Shown piece after piece: positions 27,933 to 37,639 of a stretch of 64,000 bases of DNA (positions within the stretch are counted from its first letter, which is position 1; each line of letters opens with the position of its first letter). The DNA is from Thermodesulfobacteriota bacterium (GTDB lineage Bacteria > Desulfobacterota > Desulfarculia > JACQYL01): positions 2,368,001 to 2,432,000 of the forward strand of contig CAXXLZ010000002.1 in NCBI GenBank assembly GCA_963675595.2, in the 5' to 3' direction. The position numbers and the translations under genes are program-made. The notes under the pieces are model-generated. The model was not told the origin of the DNA. It did no database searches and saw only the letters and a program-made list of their open reading frames with translations.

Positions 27933-28019
27933 ATGCACGTAACGATTCGTTTGGCAACGTACGATTTCCGCTCGGCGCAACAGCTCTGCTGCTATATCGG
28001 CCCGCAAATTCTGACCTAA
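27933..28019 (+). CDS. Putative RiPP precursor peptide, 28 aa MHVTIRLATYDFRSAQQLCCYIGPQILT
   Basis: AAGGAG RBS (27919-27924) 8 nt before ATG; Cys-Cys core; directly upstream of radical SAM/SPASM gene; below ORF-track length cutoff. Confidence 0.75.
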   Translation: MHVTIRLATYDFRSAQQLCCYIGPQILT

Positions 28020-28056
28020 GAAACCGATCAAGCCCGCCGGCCGGCTGATTTCATTC

Positions 28057-28078
28057 AGGGGTCTCCGGACCCCTTTTT
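28057..28078 (+). terminator. Intrinsic terminator between precursor and maturase
   Basis: AGGGGTC-TCCG-GACCCCT followed by TTTT (and a further T-run). Confidence 0.75.
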
Positions 28079-28099
28079 ACCTTTTTCTCGGGGAATTCC

Positions 28100-29455
28100 A
28101 TGCATACGATCAACCCTGTTCCCTCCAGGTATTTGGTGGAACACGAAACAGCTTGGGACGGGACGCCTTGGACGGTCCTGTTCCATTCCCTGAACCGGGG
28201 TCTCAAAATCCTGGAGCCCTCAATATGGCGGGACTTCCAATCCGGAAGAATGGATGGGAGGCATCGGCCGCTGTTCCAGGAACTGTGCGAAATGGGATTT
28301 CTGGTGTCGCCCTCGCTGGACGAAACCAGATTGCTCTCCAATTGGCGTTACAGCCGATTCCTGGATACCCGCTCCATGACGTTCAAAATCCAGGTGACGG
28401 AAGCCTGCAACCTGCGATGCGTATTCTGCATTCAGGAGGGCATGAAGGGGCCGGTTCACATGTCCGACGAAACCTCTCGCCGGTGTGCCGCGCTCATCGA
28501 AGAACTCATTGAAAGCAGGCGCCCGGACTCCATCAAGATCATGATCACCGGAGGCGAACCACTGCTCAACTTTGAAAGCATCCAAACGCTTGGGGCTCTG
28601 GTTCATTTCTGCAGGGGCCGAGGAGTCGACGTTGAATTCAGCCTGACCACCAACGGGGTGCTTCTGGATCGTTCCACGGCGAGAAATCTCAGCCGTTTGG
28701 GCATGCATACGGTCCGCGTCTCTCTGTTCGGTCCGCCCGATCTTCATGATCGACACCGGGTGTTCGAAGGCGGCCGAGGGTCCTACGATCTCATCGAGCG
28801 CAACCTCGTTGAAGCATCGGAGTTTCTGACTTTCCGTCCCGCGATCCAGTACGACGAGGACACCTCCGACTACCTCCGATATCCCGAGCTCTTTGATCGT
28901 CTGCTGGACGTCGGACTGGGCGGTTCGGTGCATGACATGGAATTCGGTGCTTTGCTTCCCCGCGAACTGGATTTCGACCGACGCGCCCGGCCGGATTGTT
29001 CAGGCCCGAGCCGTCCCGACATCTACTTCTTCCTGGAACAAGAGGCTCGGAAACGGGGATTCCGTGAATTGGGACCGCCGCCTTCCGTGGGATGCCTCGC
29101 CAACCGGCGAGGTTCCCTGGTCATCGACGTCAACGGCAACCTGATAAGCTGTCCGGGAGTTTCCCACGAATGGCACCCGGAGCTCACGTATGGGAACGTG
29201 TACCGAGGCGTGGATTTCACCGCGGAATCCCAGATCATCGCCCCGCCGTTGCCGGACGGCTGCGGTGAATGCTCCCTGGCCGGCCTGTGCGACGGCGGTT
29301 GTCGCCAACAAGCACTGGTCGGAAGCGGAACCTTTCACGGTGTATTCTGCAGCAAGGAATATCTCGAGTCCGTCATACGGCAATACATGGAAGACACGGT
29401 GATCGGGTATCTCAAAGAAAACGCGCCCCGATTCAACAATGCCCAAGCGGCATGA
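28100..29455 (+). CDS. Radical SAM/SPASM peptide maturase
   Basis: N-terminal RRE-like segment ending L.EMGFLV; CNLRCVFC; GGEPLL; TTNG; full SPASM Cx13Gx4C..Cx2Cx5Cx3C..C. Confidence 0.92.
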   Translation: MHTINPVPSRYLVEHETAWDGTPWTVLFHSLNRGLKILEPSIWRDFQSGRMDGRHRPLFQELCEMGFLVSPSLDETRLLSNWRYSRFLDTRSMTFKIQVTEACNLRCVFCIQEGMKGPVHMSDETSRRCAALIEELIESRRPDSIKIMITGGEPLLNFESIQTLGALVHFCRGRGVDVEFSLTTNGVLLDRSTARNLSRLGMHTVRVSLFGPPDLHDRHRVFEGGRGSYDLIERNLVEASEFLTFRPAIQYDEDTSDYLRYPELFDRLLDVGLGGSVHDMEFGALLPRELDFDRRARPDCSGPSRPDIYFFLEQEARKRGFRELGPPPSVGCLANRRGSLVIDVNGNLISCPGVSHEWHPELTYGNVYRGVDFTAESQIIAPPLPDGCGECSLAGLCDGGCRQQALVGSGTFHGVFCSKEYLESVIRQYMEDTVIGYLKENAPRFNNAQAA

Positions 29456-30720
29456 ACCGGCATCTCCGAATCCTGGCCGGGGCGGACTTTCTCTCCGTTT
29501 CGGCCGGACAACTATTGGGGTTGGCTCTTTGTGAGCTCCTGGTTTTAGGCAGACACCAGGGCGAGAGGAATCTGCTCTTCCTCTTGGCGGCCGCTCAGAC
29601 ACCGGCTTTTTTGCTCTCCTTCGTATCGGGCGGACTACTGGATCGGTCCAACCCTGCGCGCATCCTTTTCGTCTGTGGGGCGGCCAAGGCCCTGCCCGCG
29701 CTTCTTCTCTCCCTCGTTCCCGGCTCCCATGTGGTTGTGTTCCTCATCTACGCCTTCCACTCCGCGGCGGACCTGCTTCATATTTCGGCCAGGAGCACTT
29801 TGGTGCCCTTTCTCTTCCCTCCCGAAGACATCATGCATGCCAATGCGTTTCGGCAAAAAGCGGCTTTGACCGGCGGCATCTTGGGGCCCATCTGCATGGG
29901 CTGGATCGTGTCGCAGGCAGGACCCGTCAAGGCACTCATTTTGTGCGCCTTTCTTTGCTTCATTTCCGGAGTGCCGGGAGTCCTTCTGATGAAACCCTCG
30001 GAGATGTCACGACGACGACTCGTCCGGGAATCTCCGCCTCCGTCCGCCACGGCGCGAAACCTGCCGGTTCTCCAATGGCTTCTCCTTCTGTTCATGTCCG
30101 CCGGGGCGGGCGGGCTGTTCCAGTACGCGTCGCCTCTTTGGATCGACGGCCGATCCTGGGGAAATGCCGCAGCCTTGGGCGCCGTATTCTCGCTGTTCAA
30201 CGCCGGCTCCTTCGCAGGAGCAATCCTGGTTTCCAGAATGGGATGTATGTCGAGAGTCCCGATGCTCAGATTGGGCATGATTTCGGAAGGCGCCGGGATC
30301 CTCGCTTTGGCCGCACCTCTCTGCTCCCTCCCGCCGTTTCTTGGTATTTTCATGTTCTTGGGAGTCACCTCTGTTTCTCGTCATATCCTTATCGAGAGTC
30401 GGATCCAGGCGTTGGCCCCGCCGATGTTCATGGGACGAACCATGTCCGCAGCGTACGGCCTGAGAGCTCTGGCAACGGTCTCCGGGGCGGGATTGGGTTT
30501 TCTGGTGTTCTCCCGTTTCGGCATCAACGCCCTGCTTCTGGCCTGCGGATTTTTTCTGTTCCTCGGCGCTCTGTGCAATCCGCCGTCCCCGGCTTCGTTG
30601 AAAGAAGGATTCAAGCCTTTCAGCCGCGCACCCCTCCGCCGCGGGGCTGCAGTTTCGCCTCCCATCCCGGCCGAACAAAAGGCTCCGTCTTGCAAGGAAC
30701 GCCCGAATCTGTCAGACTAA
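29452..30720 (+). CDS. MFS transporter (probable exporter)
   Basis: About 12 hydrophobic segments, GGLLDR motif A, Q..APP.FMGR; ATGA coupling to the rSAM gene. Confidence 0.85.
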   Translation: MNRHLRILAGADFLSVSAGQLLGLALCELLVLGRHQGERNLLFLLAAAQTPAFLLSFVSGGLLDRSNPARILFVCGAAKALPALLLSLVPGSHVVVFLIYAFHSAADLLHISARSTLVPFLFPPEDIMHANAFRQKAALTGGILGPICMGWIVSQAGPVKALILCAFLCFISGVPGVLLMKPSEMSRRRLVRESPPPSATARNLPVLQWLLLLFMSAGAGGLFQYASPLWIDGRSWGNAAALGAVFSLFNAGSFAGAILVSRMGCMSRVPMLRLGMISEGAGILALAAPLCSLPPFLGIFMFLGVTSVSRHILIESRIQALAPPMFMGRTMSAAYGLRALATVSGAGLGFLVFSRFGINALLLACGFFLFLGALCNPPSPASLKEGFKPFSRAPLRRGAAVSPPIPAEQKAPSCKERPNLSD

Positions 30721-30795
30721 TCATCAGTCGATCTTCGCAATTACCGGCGGGCATCTTCCCGTCCCGCCTCGGACCCATGGGTACGGCGGCGAACA

Positions 30796-32253
30796 ATGGC
30801 ACAGACGAATCCCTTTTCTTCCGATCCCACTCAAGTCAAGATCATCGCCACTTTGGGGCCCGCCTCCTCTTCGGCGGATGCCGTCCGGCGTCTGATTCGC
30901 GCCGGCGTGGACGGGTTCCGTTTCAACTTCAGCCACGGTACCCACGATTCACACAGACAAATCTTTGTCACGGCCAGGGAATGCATCCAAGAAGCCGATC
31001 GCCCTTTGGCCCTCATTCAGGACATTCAGGGGCCCAAACTGCGGGTGGGACGACTTGAGAACGGAAGTCTGGAACTGCGGGAGGACGCCCAAGTCTTCAT
31101 TGCTCCCACCCCGATTCAGGGAAGCGGAGACCGATTTTCCGTAAGCTACCGCAACCTGCTGGAGGACGTTCAAAGCGGAGAGATCCTGCTCCTGGACGAC
31201 GGCAAAATTCGGCTTGAAGCCGACGGCACCCGAGATGGGATGCTGGCATGCCGCGTTCTCGAAGGCGGAGTCCTGCTGGAAAACAAGGGAGTCAATCTGC
31301 CGGGAACCACGACTTCTCTCCCCCCCCTCACGGAAAAGGACCTGGCGGACATCGAGTTCGGCGTAACACTCGGATTCGATTATGTAGCCCTCTCCTTCGT
31401 CCAAAAGGCCGACGACATCGAGTTGCTTCGCAACACCTTGAAACGCTTCGGTCGTCAAGTGCCCATCATCGCCAAGCTGGAACGTCCCGCCGTGCTGAGT
31501 CGGTTGGACGAAATCATCCCGGCGTCGGACATGGTAATGGTGGCCCGTGGAGATTTGGGCATCGAGGTCCGCGTGGAACGTGTTCCGGTTCTACAAAAAC
31601 AAATCATTCGCAAAGCCAATATCCTCGGTGTCCCGGTCATTACAGCCACGCAAATGCTTGAATCCATGATCGAACATCATTTTCCCACTCGGGCGGAGGC
31701 AACCGACGTGGCCAACGCGGTCTACGACGGCACCGATGCCGTGATGCTCTCCGGAGAAACGAGTGTGGGGCACGATCCCGTACGAGTCGTGGCCATGATG
31801 AAGAAGATCATCCGCGAAGCGGAAGCATTTCCGGAAGCCTACACACTGTTCAGCAGCTCGAAACACGAACCCCGAGAGGATCCGTCCGTAGCTCACGCCC
31901 TCTGCCATCTAGCCTCTTCGGCGTACCGGCATTTTCCCCTGAAGGGCATTTGGATTTATACTCAAACCGGGGCTACGGCCGTCATCGTCTCCAAATTCAA
32001 ACCGCAGAACAATATCTATGCCTTTTCTCCGTATGAACAAGTTCGCCGGAGAATGGCGCTGCTCTGGGGGGTCACTCCCATGGAGGCACCCGTCTTCGAA
32101 AGTTCGGAAGCCTGTATTCAGTGGATGAACGACCATGCGCTGAAAACCGGCCTCGCCCGATCCGGCGACGTAGTGGCCGTCACCGTCGGCTCTCCCATCC
32201 CGGATAAGACCCAGACCAATCTACTGAAGCTGCACGTGATTTCAGAAAATTAA
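30796..32253 (+). CDS. pyk: Pyruvate kinase
   Basis: KIIATLGPAS, RFNFSHG, IIAKLE, MVARGDLG, ATQMLESM, DAVMLSGET. Confidence 0.98.
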   Translation: MAQTNPFSSDPTQVKIIATLGPASSSADAVRRLIRAGVDGFRFNFSHGTHDSHRQIFVTARECIQEADRPLALIQDIQGPKLRVGRLENGSLELREDAQVFIAPTPIQGSGDRFSVSYRNLLEDVQSGEILLLDDGKIRLEADGTRDGMLACRVLEGGVLLENKGVNLPGTTTSLPPLTEKDLADIEFGVTLGFDYVALSFVQKADDIELLRNTLKRFGRQVPIIAKLERPAVLSRLDEIIPASDMVMVARGDLGIEVRVERVPVLQKQIIRKANILGVPVITATQMLESMIEHHFPTRAEATDVANAVYDGTDAVMLSGETSVGHDPVRVVAMMKKIIREAEAFPEAYTLFSSSKHEPREDPSVAHALCHLASSAYRHFPLKGIWIYTQTGATAVIVSKFKPQNNIYAFSPYEQVRRRMALLWGVTPMEAPVFESSEACIQWMNDHALKTGLARSGDVVAVTVGSPIPDKTQTNLLKLHVISEN

Positions 32254-32268
32254 AAGGAGTTCCCGAAC

Positions 32269-34140
32269 ATGTCCCTGTCCAACGAGGCTCAACAACGGCT
32301 CGATACGCTGTTGCGGCGTATCCGGGCCGAAAAGAAATCATACGCTCCGGGAACCGAAACCACGGAACATCTATCCGACGTCCTGGAACTTCCGGAGATG
32401 AAGTCGTTCTCTTCAAGGGATGAGGCCGGAAGCCAATTGGCGTCCATATTCAAGTCCTACGATATTCGAGGCGTGGTGATTTCCTACCTCGACTCGAAAA
32501 CGGGCGGCACCATCCAAGCCAACCTCACACCGGCCTTGGCCGAACGGATCGGCAGGGCCTTGGCCGGCGTGGTTTTTCATGACCTGCCCGGTTCCGTCAA
32601 AGGACTCGCTCCCGGCGACTGCTTCGTCATCGGAATGGATAACGGGAACACTTCTCCGGTTATTCTGGAAGGACTGGCCTCCGGCCTGACCCGAGGAGGA
32701 GTCAACGTCTTTCTGCTGGGTGAAGGGTGTACGGGAGAGATTTACAGCACCATTCAGCGTCTCAAGGCCCAAGGTGGAATCATGATCACCCGTTCTCACG
32801 TTGAGAAAGAATACAACGGCATGAAGATCGTCTTGGGAAAGGAGGCACTGCACAGCAAGTTCATCGATCAAATCCGGGATGCGGTCCTGCTGGGCGAAGC
32901 CGTCCGCGTGGAACCGCCCGCATCCGGGATCGAGAACAACGACCGGCTGACGCGCAGTATTTACAAAAGCTCTCTCATCGAAGAGTTCAAACCCCTGCTT
33001 GCCGAAGGACGGGCTCCCGTTGCACTGAATTTCGGCGGTGGAACCGCCAGGCTTTACGAAGACACTTTCCGGGAGATATTGGGTGAACGGCTGACGCACA
33101 CTTTCCGATCGGACAACGATCCCGAAGCCCTGGCCGGACTTCCCGATCCAACGCAACCGAGATATCTTTCGGATCAGATCGCCTGGTCGCAGGCACACCC
33201 CCATGTGACGCTGTTCAGCTTCGATCTGGATGCGGATCGCGTTTCGGCCATGGTGGGAGGAAACCTCTTCCTCGGTGATATGATGGCCTTTCCTCTGGCC
33301 GCGCATAAGCTCCAGGTGGACGTTCCCCGTCTGTCCGCGAGGCTTGCGGAATTGGGAAAAACCTTCGACCGTTCCGAGGTGGAACGTATCGCGGGTACCG
33401 TGCTGGCGGATCCTCGTTGCACCAAACAGCTCAGCCAGCTGGTGCAACGCCTCGGGGGACAAGCGGTTCAACATCGCATCGGACATTCCCACATCAAGGC
33501 CACCATGAATCGGCTCATGGGAACCCTGGCGGAAGTCACGGGCTATTCCGATCCGGCGGCTTTGGTTGCGCAAACCGGCTATGTTATGTGGCAGGCCGAA
33601 TACTCACTGCATTTTTTCGGTACCGACGATCACGGTGTTCCCTCGGACGACGCTCTCCGTTTTACACTGAAGTTCATCTCCGTGATGGATCATTTCGAAA
33701 AGGTCTGGTCCGAACCCAATCTCACCATCGACCGTTTCATCGGACGACTCGAAGAGCAAGGCATGTTCGGGAGTTTCTTTCAAGCCCCCGAAATCCGCAC
33801 GGTATACGACAATGAGGACAAGGCCCGGGTGGTGGCCGATGTGGAAAAAGCCTTTCAGAAATTGTCCGCGGACAACGACTGGCAATTGGCGGGCATGGAT
33901 ACCTTGGGAGACGGATTTCGAGTGGACATGCCGGACGGCTTCATTCTTTTCCGATATTCCAACACCTCCCCAAAACTCACCATGCGCATCGAGGCGGGAA
34001 ACCGGGAACGATGGCGGCACTATTTCGAGCTGTTGTTCAGTCACTATAACCGTTTGAGGAAGCCCGAATACACATTGGACATGAACGAGAACTCCTTTCT
34101 TAAAGACCGTTTCGGCATTGAGAATCCCGACGGGATATAG
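32269..34140 (+). CDS. Divergent alpha-D-phosphohexomutase family protein
   Basis: FKSYDIRG, ITRSH (phosphoserine loop), DLDADR (metal loop), RYSNT. Confidence 0.85.
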   Translation: MSLSNEAQQRLDTLLRRIRAEKKSYAPGTETTEHLSDVLELPEMKSFSSRDEAGSQLASIFKSYDIRGVVISYLDSKTGGTIQANLTPALAERIGRALAGVVFHDLPGSVKGLAPGDCFVIGMDNGNTSPVILEGLASGLTRGGVNVFLLGEGCTGEIYSTIQRLKAQGGIMITRSHVEKEYNGMKIVLGKEALHSKFIDQIRDAVLLGEAVRVEPPASGIENNDRLTRSIYKSSLIEEFKPLLAEGRAPVALNFGGGTARLYEDTFREILGERLTHTFRSDNDPEALAGLPDPTQPRYLSDQIAWSQAHPHVTLFSFDLDADRVSAMVGGNLFLGDMMAFPLAAHKLQVDVPRLSARLAELGKTFDRSEVERIAGTVLADPRCTKQLSQLVQRLGGQAVQHRIGHSHIKATMNRLMGTLAEVTGYSDPAALVAQTGYVMWQAEYSLHFFGTDDHGVPSDDALRFTLKFISVMDHFEKVWSEPNLTIDRFIGRLEEQGMFGSFFQAPEIRTVYDNEDKARVVADVEKAFQKLSADNDWQLAGMDTLGDGFRVDMPDGFILFRYSNTSPKLTMRIEAGNRERWRHYFELLFSHYNRLRKPEYTLDMNENSFLKDRFGIENPDGI

Positions 34141-34214
34141 ACACGACGGTCCGACCGTCGCGCCGCAAGGTCCGGCCCGACGGTCATGACGCCTTATTTC
34201 CGTCTCACCGGCTT

Positions 34215-35789
34215 ATGAACACACCCCTCCCCATACAGGAAGCCTTGAAAGACCCGCGATGTTATCCTCACCGACCGGATCGTGTGGATTTTGTGGAAAC
34301 GCACATCTCTTGGGTCTTCCTGGCAGGCGATCTCGTATATAAAGTCAAAAAACCTTTGGATTTCGGCTTCCTGGATTTTACCACTCTCGAAAAGCGCAGG
34401 CACTTCTGCGAGGAAGAGGTTCGGCTCAACCGTCGACTGGCCCCGGAGTACTATTTGGGCACGGTTCCGATCGTTCGAAAAGGCGAGGATTTCGTCGTGG
34501 AAGGAAGCGGGCCGGCCGAGGAGTTCGCGGTGAAAATGTTGCGAATGCCTCAAGAAAGAATGATGGACCGAATCCTGGACCGAGGGGAAGCAATCGACGA
34601 ATCGGCGATCATTCGCATTGCCTCCCTGTTGGCTGAATTCTACGAGAATGCGGAAACGGGAGGAAGAGTAGATCGATACGGCGAAATCGACGTGATCCGG
34701 TACAATACGGATGAAGATTTCAAACAGATGAAAGACTATATCGGAGTGGCCCTGTCTCAGAAGAGATTCGATACCATCCGGGAATACACAAATTCATTCT
34801 ACGAGAATCGGGAACTCTTTCAGTCTCGAATCCTCAACGGGCGAATCCGAGAATGCCACGGCGACCTCCATTCCGGAAACATCTGTCTTGCCGACGAAGT
34901 GGTGATTTTCGACTGCATCGAGTTCAATCCCAGGTTTCGATGCTCGGACACGGCGGCGGACGTGGCTTTCCTGGCCATGGATCTGGATTTCAGAAATCGT
35001 GCTGATCTTTCCAATCTTTTCGTAAGAACCTTCAGCGAACGCTCCGGCGACTCCCAATGCCTCGAATTGATGAATTTCTACAAATGCTACCGTGCCTGCG
35101 TCCGAGGCAAGGTGCTCTCTTTCGAGTTCGACCAACCCGAGGCCTCCGTCGATTGGAGGCGTCAAGGTCTAGAGACGGGTAAACGCTATTTCGCTCTGGC
35201 GGAACGCTACACCGGCTGTGGGCGCCGTCCCAAGCTGCTCGTGGTGTTCGGACTCATGGGAACCGGCAAAACGACCCTTGCGGAGGCCATGGCCAAGGTT
35301 TGTGACGCTCCGGTCATCCAGTCGGACCTGGTACGGAAGTATCTGTCCGGCGTCGCCCCTACGGAACGACGTTTGGAATCCTTTGGCAAAGGAATATACT
35401 CTTCCGAAACAACGGGGGAAACCTATCGCAGGATGCTCATGGACGCCGAAAAGTTTCTGGCCCAGGGCCAGGACGTCATCCTGGACGCCTCATTCTCCAA
35501 ACGAGAACATCGGGGTTGGGTCCTGGAGACGGCACGTCGCCTTGATGCCGAACCTTGCTTCATCCAGTGCGTGTGCGGCGAAGGGACCGTGAGGGAAAGG
35601 CTGGCCCGCAGAGCGGAAGCTCCTCTCACCGTGTCCGACGGACGCTGGGAGCTATTTCATTCTCAAAAAGCACGGTTCGAGCCTCCGGATGAAATCGATC
35701 CGAAGCGCCTTTTCCGTGTGGACAGCGAAGAACCCGTAGACCGACTGCTGAACACTCTCCGCACAATTTTCGAAAACGAGGGTCAATGA
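34215..35789 (+). CDS. Aminoglycoside-phosphotransferase-like kinase fused to AAA_33/gluconate-kinase domain
   Basis: ETHISWV, YKVKKP, ECHGDLH..NI, FDCIEFN; GLMGTGKTT, SDLVRK. Confidence 0.9.
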   Translation: MNTPLPIQEALKDPRCYPHRPDRVDFVETHISWVFLAGDLVYKVKKPLDFGFLDFTTLEKRRHFCEEEVRLNRRLAPEYYLGTVPIVRKGEDFVVEGSGPAEEFAVKMLRMPQERMMDRILDRGEAIDESAIIRIASLLAEFYENAETGGRVDRYGEIDVIRYNTDEDFKQMKDYIGVALSQKRFDTIREYTNSFYENRELFQSRILNGRIRECHGDLHSGNICLADEVVIFDCIEFNPRFRCSDTAADVAFLAMDLDFRNRADLSNLFVRTFSERSGDSQCLELMNFYKCYRACVRGKVLSFEFDQPEASVDWRRQGLETGKRYFALAERYTGCGRRPKLLVVFGLMGTGKTTLAEAMAKVCDAPVIQSDLVRKYLSGVAPTERRLESFGKGIYSSETTGETYRRMLMDAEKFLAQGQDVILDASFSKREHRGWVLETARRLDAEPCFIQCVCGEGTVRERLARRAEAPLTVSDGRWELFHSQKARFEPPDEIDPKRLFRVDSEEPVDRLLNTLRTIFENEGQ

Positions 35790-35820
35790 AATTCTTAACG
35801 GACTGGGGAGATTCAAGCAC

Positions 35821-37548
35821 ATGAAGATGCATACCAGGATTTCGGAGATGCAGGAGGCTTTGGCCGTAGCTCGGGGAGACAAGCCGGCGGACCTAGTGGT
35901 CCGGGGAGGCGCGACCGCCGATGTCTTCTCCGGACGTTTCGAAAAGAACGACATCGCGATCCATGGAAACAAAATCGTGGGAAGCGGCGCCTATACCGGG
36001 AATACGATCGTGGATGCCTCGGGCAAGTACGTTCTCCCCGGGTTCATTGAAGGCCATATCCATCTTGAGAGCACGCTTCTTGCTCCTCCGGAGACCGCCC
36101 GTTGCATGGTCCCTCGGGGCACCACGTGCGTGGTGGCGGACCCCCACGAGATCACCAATGTCTTAGGCTCGGAAGGCGTTGAATACATGTTGGAGTCGAC
36201 CCGAGACCTGCCCATGGACTTCTTCTTCATGCTCCCTTCCTGCGTGCCCGCCACCCATCTGGAAACCGCCGGGGACGTGTTCGGAGTGGAAGACCTGTTG
36301 CGTCTCAAAGACCGCCCGAGAATTCTGGGGCTTGCCGAAATGATGAATTTTCCGGGCACGGTGTACGGCATGGAAGCCGTCGTTGAGAAGCTCCTCGCCT
36401 TCGGCGACGGTGTGAGAGACGGGCACGCCCCTCTCCTTCGCGGAGCCGGTCTCAATGCGTATCTATATGCCGGTCCCGGCTCCGATCATGAGTGTACCGA
36501 GATTGAAGAGGCTGCGGAGAAGTTGTCCAAAGGCATGATGGTGATGATCCGGCAGGGAACCCAGGCTGCGGACCTCGAGACCCTGCTGCCTCTGGTGACG
36601 CCTTTGAACTGTCGCCGAACCATGCTGGTCACCGACGACCGGGACCCGCAGGAACTTCTCGAGTTGGGTCATTTGGACCACAATCTGCGTCTGGCCGTGG
36701 CCCAAGGTCTGGACCCCATCATCGCAATCCGCATGGTGACTCTCAACCCGGCGGAATACTTTCGTCTGTATGGGAGAGGCGCCCTGGCACCAGGATATAC
36801 GGCCGACGTGGTCATCGTGGACGATCTCAAGACCTTTCGAGTGGACACCGTGATTCAAAGAGGGCGTGTGACCGTGTCCAATGGGATGCCGATTCATGAC
36901 TTTCCCCAACCTCTCGCCGGGAAGGCGCTACGGACAATGCACTTGGGAGAACTGCCGTCGGATGCTTTCCGGATTCCCGCGACGGGAAGTTCCGCACGTG
37001 TGATCCGGGTAATGGAGGGAAGCATCCTGACCCGAGCGGAAAGCCGATCCGTTAAGATTCAGGACGGCCTGGCGGTATCCGACCCGGAACAGGACGTGAT
37101 CAAACTGGTCGTGCTGGAGCGGCACCATGCTTCCGGACGCATAGGCAAGGGGCTGGTTTCAGGTCTTGGGTTGAAGGCGGGAGCCATCGCCTCCACCGTG
37201 GCTCATGACTCTCACAACATCGTGGCGGCGGGCGTGGAGGACGAAGCCGTCATGCGGGCGGTTCGAGAGGTGGAACGCATGGGGGGCGGGCTGGCCGCGG
37301 CTTCGGCCGATCGGGTCCTGGCGACGCTCCCCCTGCCCGTGGCCGGCCTGATGTCGGTGGAACCGGTCCGCGAAGTGATCGGACGAAAAACCCGCCTACG
37401 CGAGATTTGCGCCGACCTGGGCTCCGGTCTGAAAGACCCCTTTATGGCCCTGTCCTTTCTGGCTCTCCCGGTAATTCCCGAACTCAAACTCACCGACAGG
37501 GGTCTGGTGGACGTGGGGAAATTCGACTTCGTCCCCCTGTTCTTATAG
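35821..37548 (+). CDS. ade: Adenine deaminase
   Basis: PGFIEGHIHLES, DPHEI, LAEMMNFP, DGHAP, SDHEC, TDD, AHDSHN. Confidence 0.96.
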   Translation: MKMHTRISEMQEALAVARGDKPADLVVRGGATADVFSGRFEKNDIAIHGNKIVGSGAYTGNTIVDASGKYVLPGFIEGHIHLESTLLAPPETARCMVPRGTTCVVADPHEITNVLGSEGVEYMLESTRDLPMDFFFMLPSCVPATHLETAGDVFGVEDLLRLKDRPRILGLAEMMNFPGTVYGMEAVVEKLLAFGDGVRDGHAPLLRGAGLNAYLYAGPGSDHECTEIEEAAEKLSKGMMVMIRQGTQAADLETLLPLVTPLNCRRTMLVTDDRDPQELLELGHLDHNLRLAVAQGLDPIIAIRMVTLNPAEYFRLYGRGALAPGYTADVVIVDDLKTFRVDTVIQRGRVTVSNGMPIHDFPQPLAGKALRTMHLGELPSDAFRIPATGSSARVIRVMEGSILTRAESRSVKIQDGLAVSDPEQDVIKLVVLERHHASGRIGKGLVSGLGLKAGAIASTVAHDSHNIVAAGVEDEAVMRAVREVERMGGGLAAASADRVLATLPLPVAGLMSVEPVREVIGRKTRLREICADLGSGLKDPFMALSFLALPVIPELKLTDRGLVDVGKFDFVPLFL

Positions 37549-37573
37549 AGGGAAGCCGTCACTCCAAAACAAA

Positions 37574-37606
37574 ACGAGCGGGACATCGGACGGATGTCTC
37601 GCTCGT
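37574..37606. terminator. Hairpin between convergent ade and PPIase genes
   Basis: ACGAGCGGGACATC-GGACG-GATGTCTCGCTCGT 14-bp stem with A-run on the left. Confidence 0.65.
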
Positions 37607-37639
37607 CGTTCTCATGCTCCGGCGGCGACCGCCGACGGA

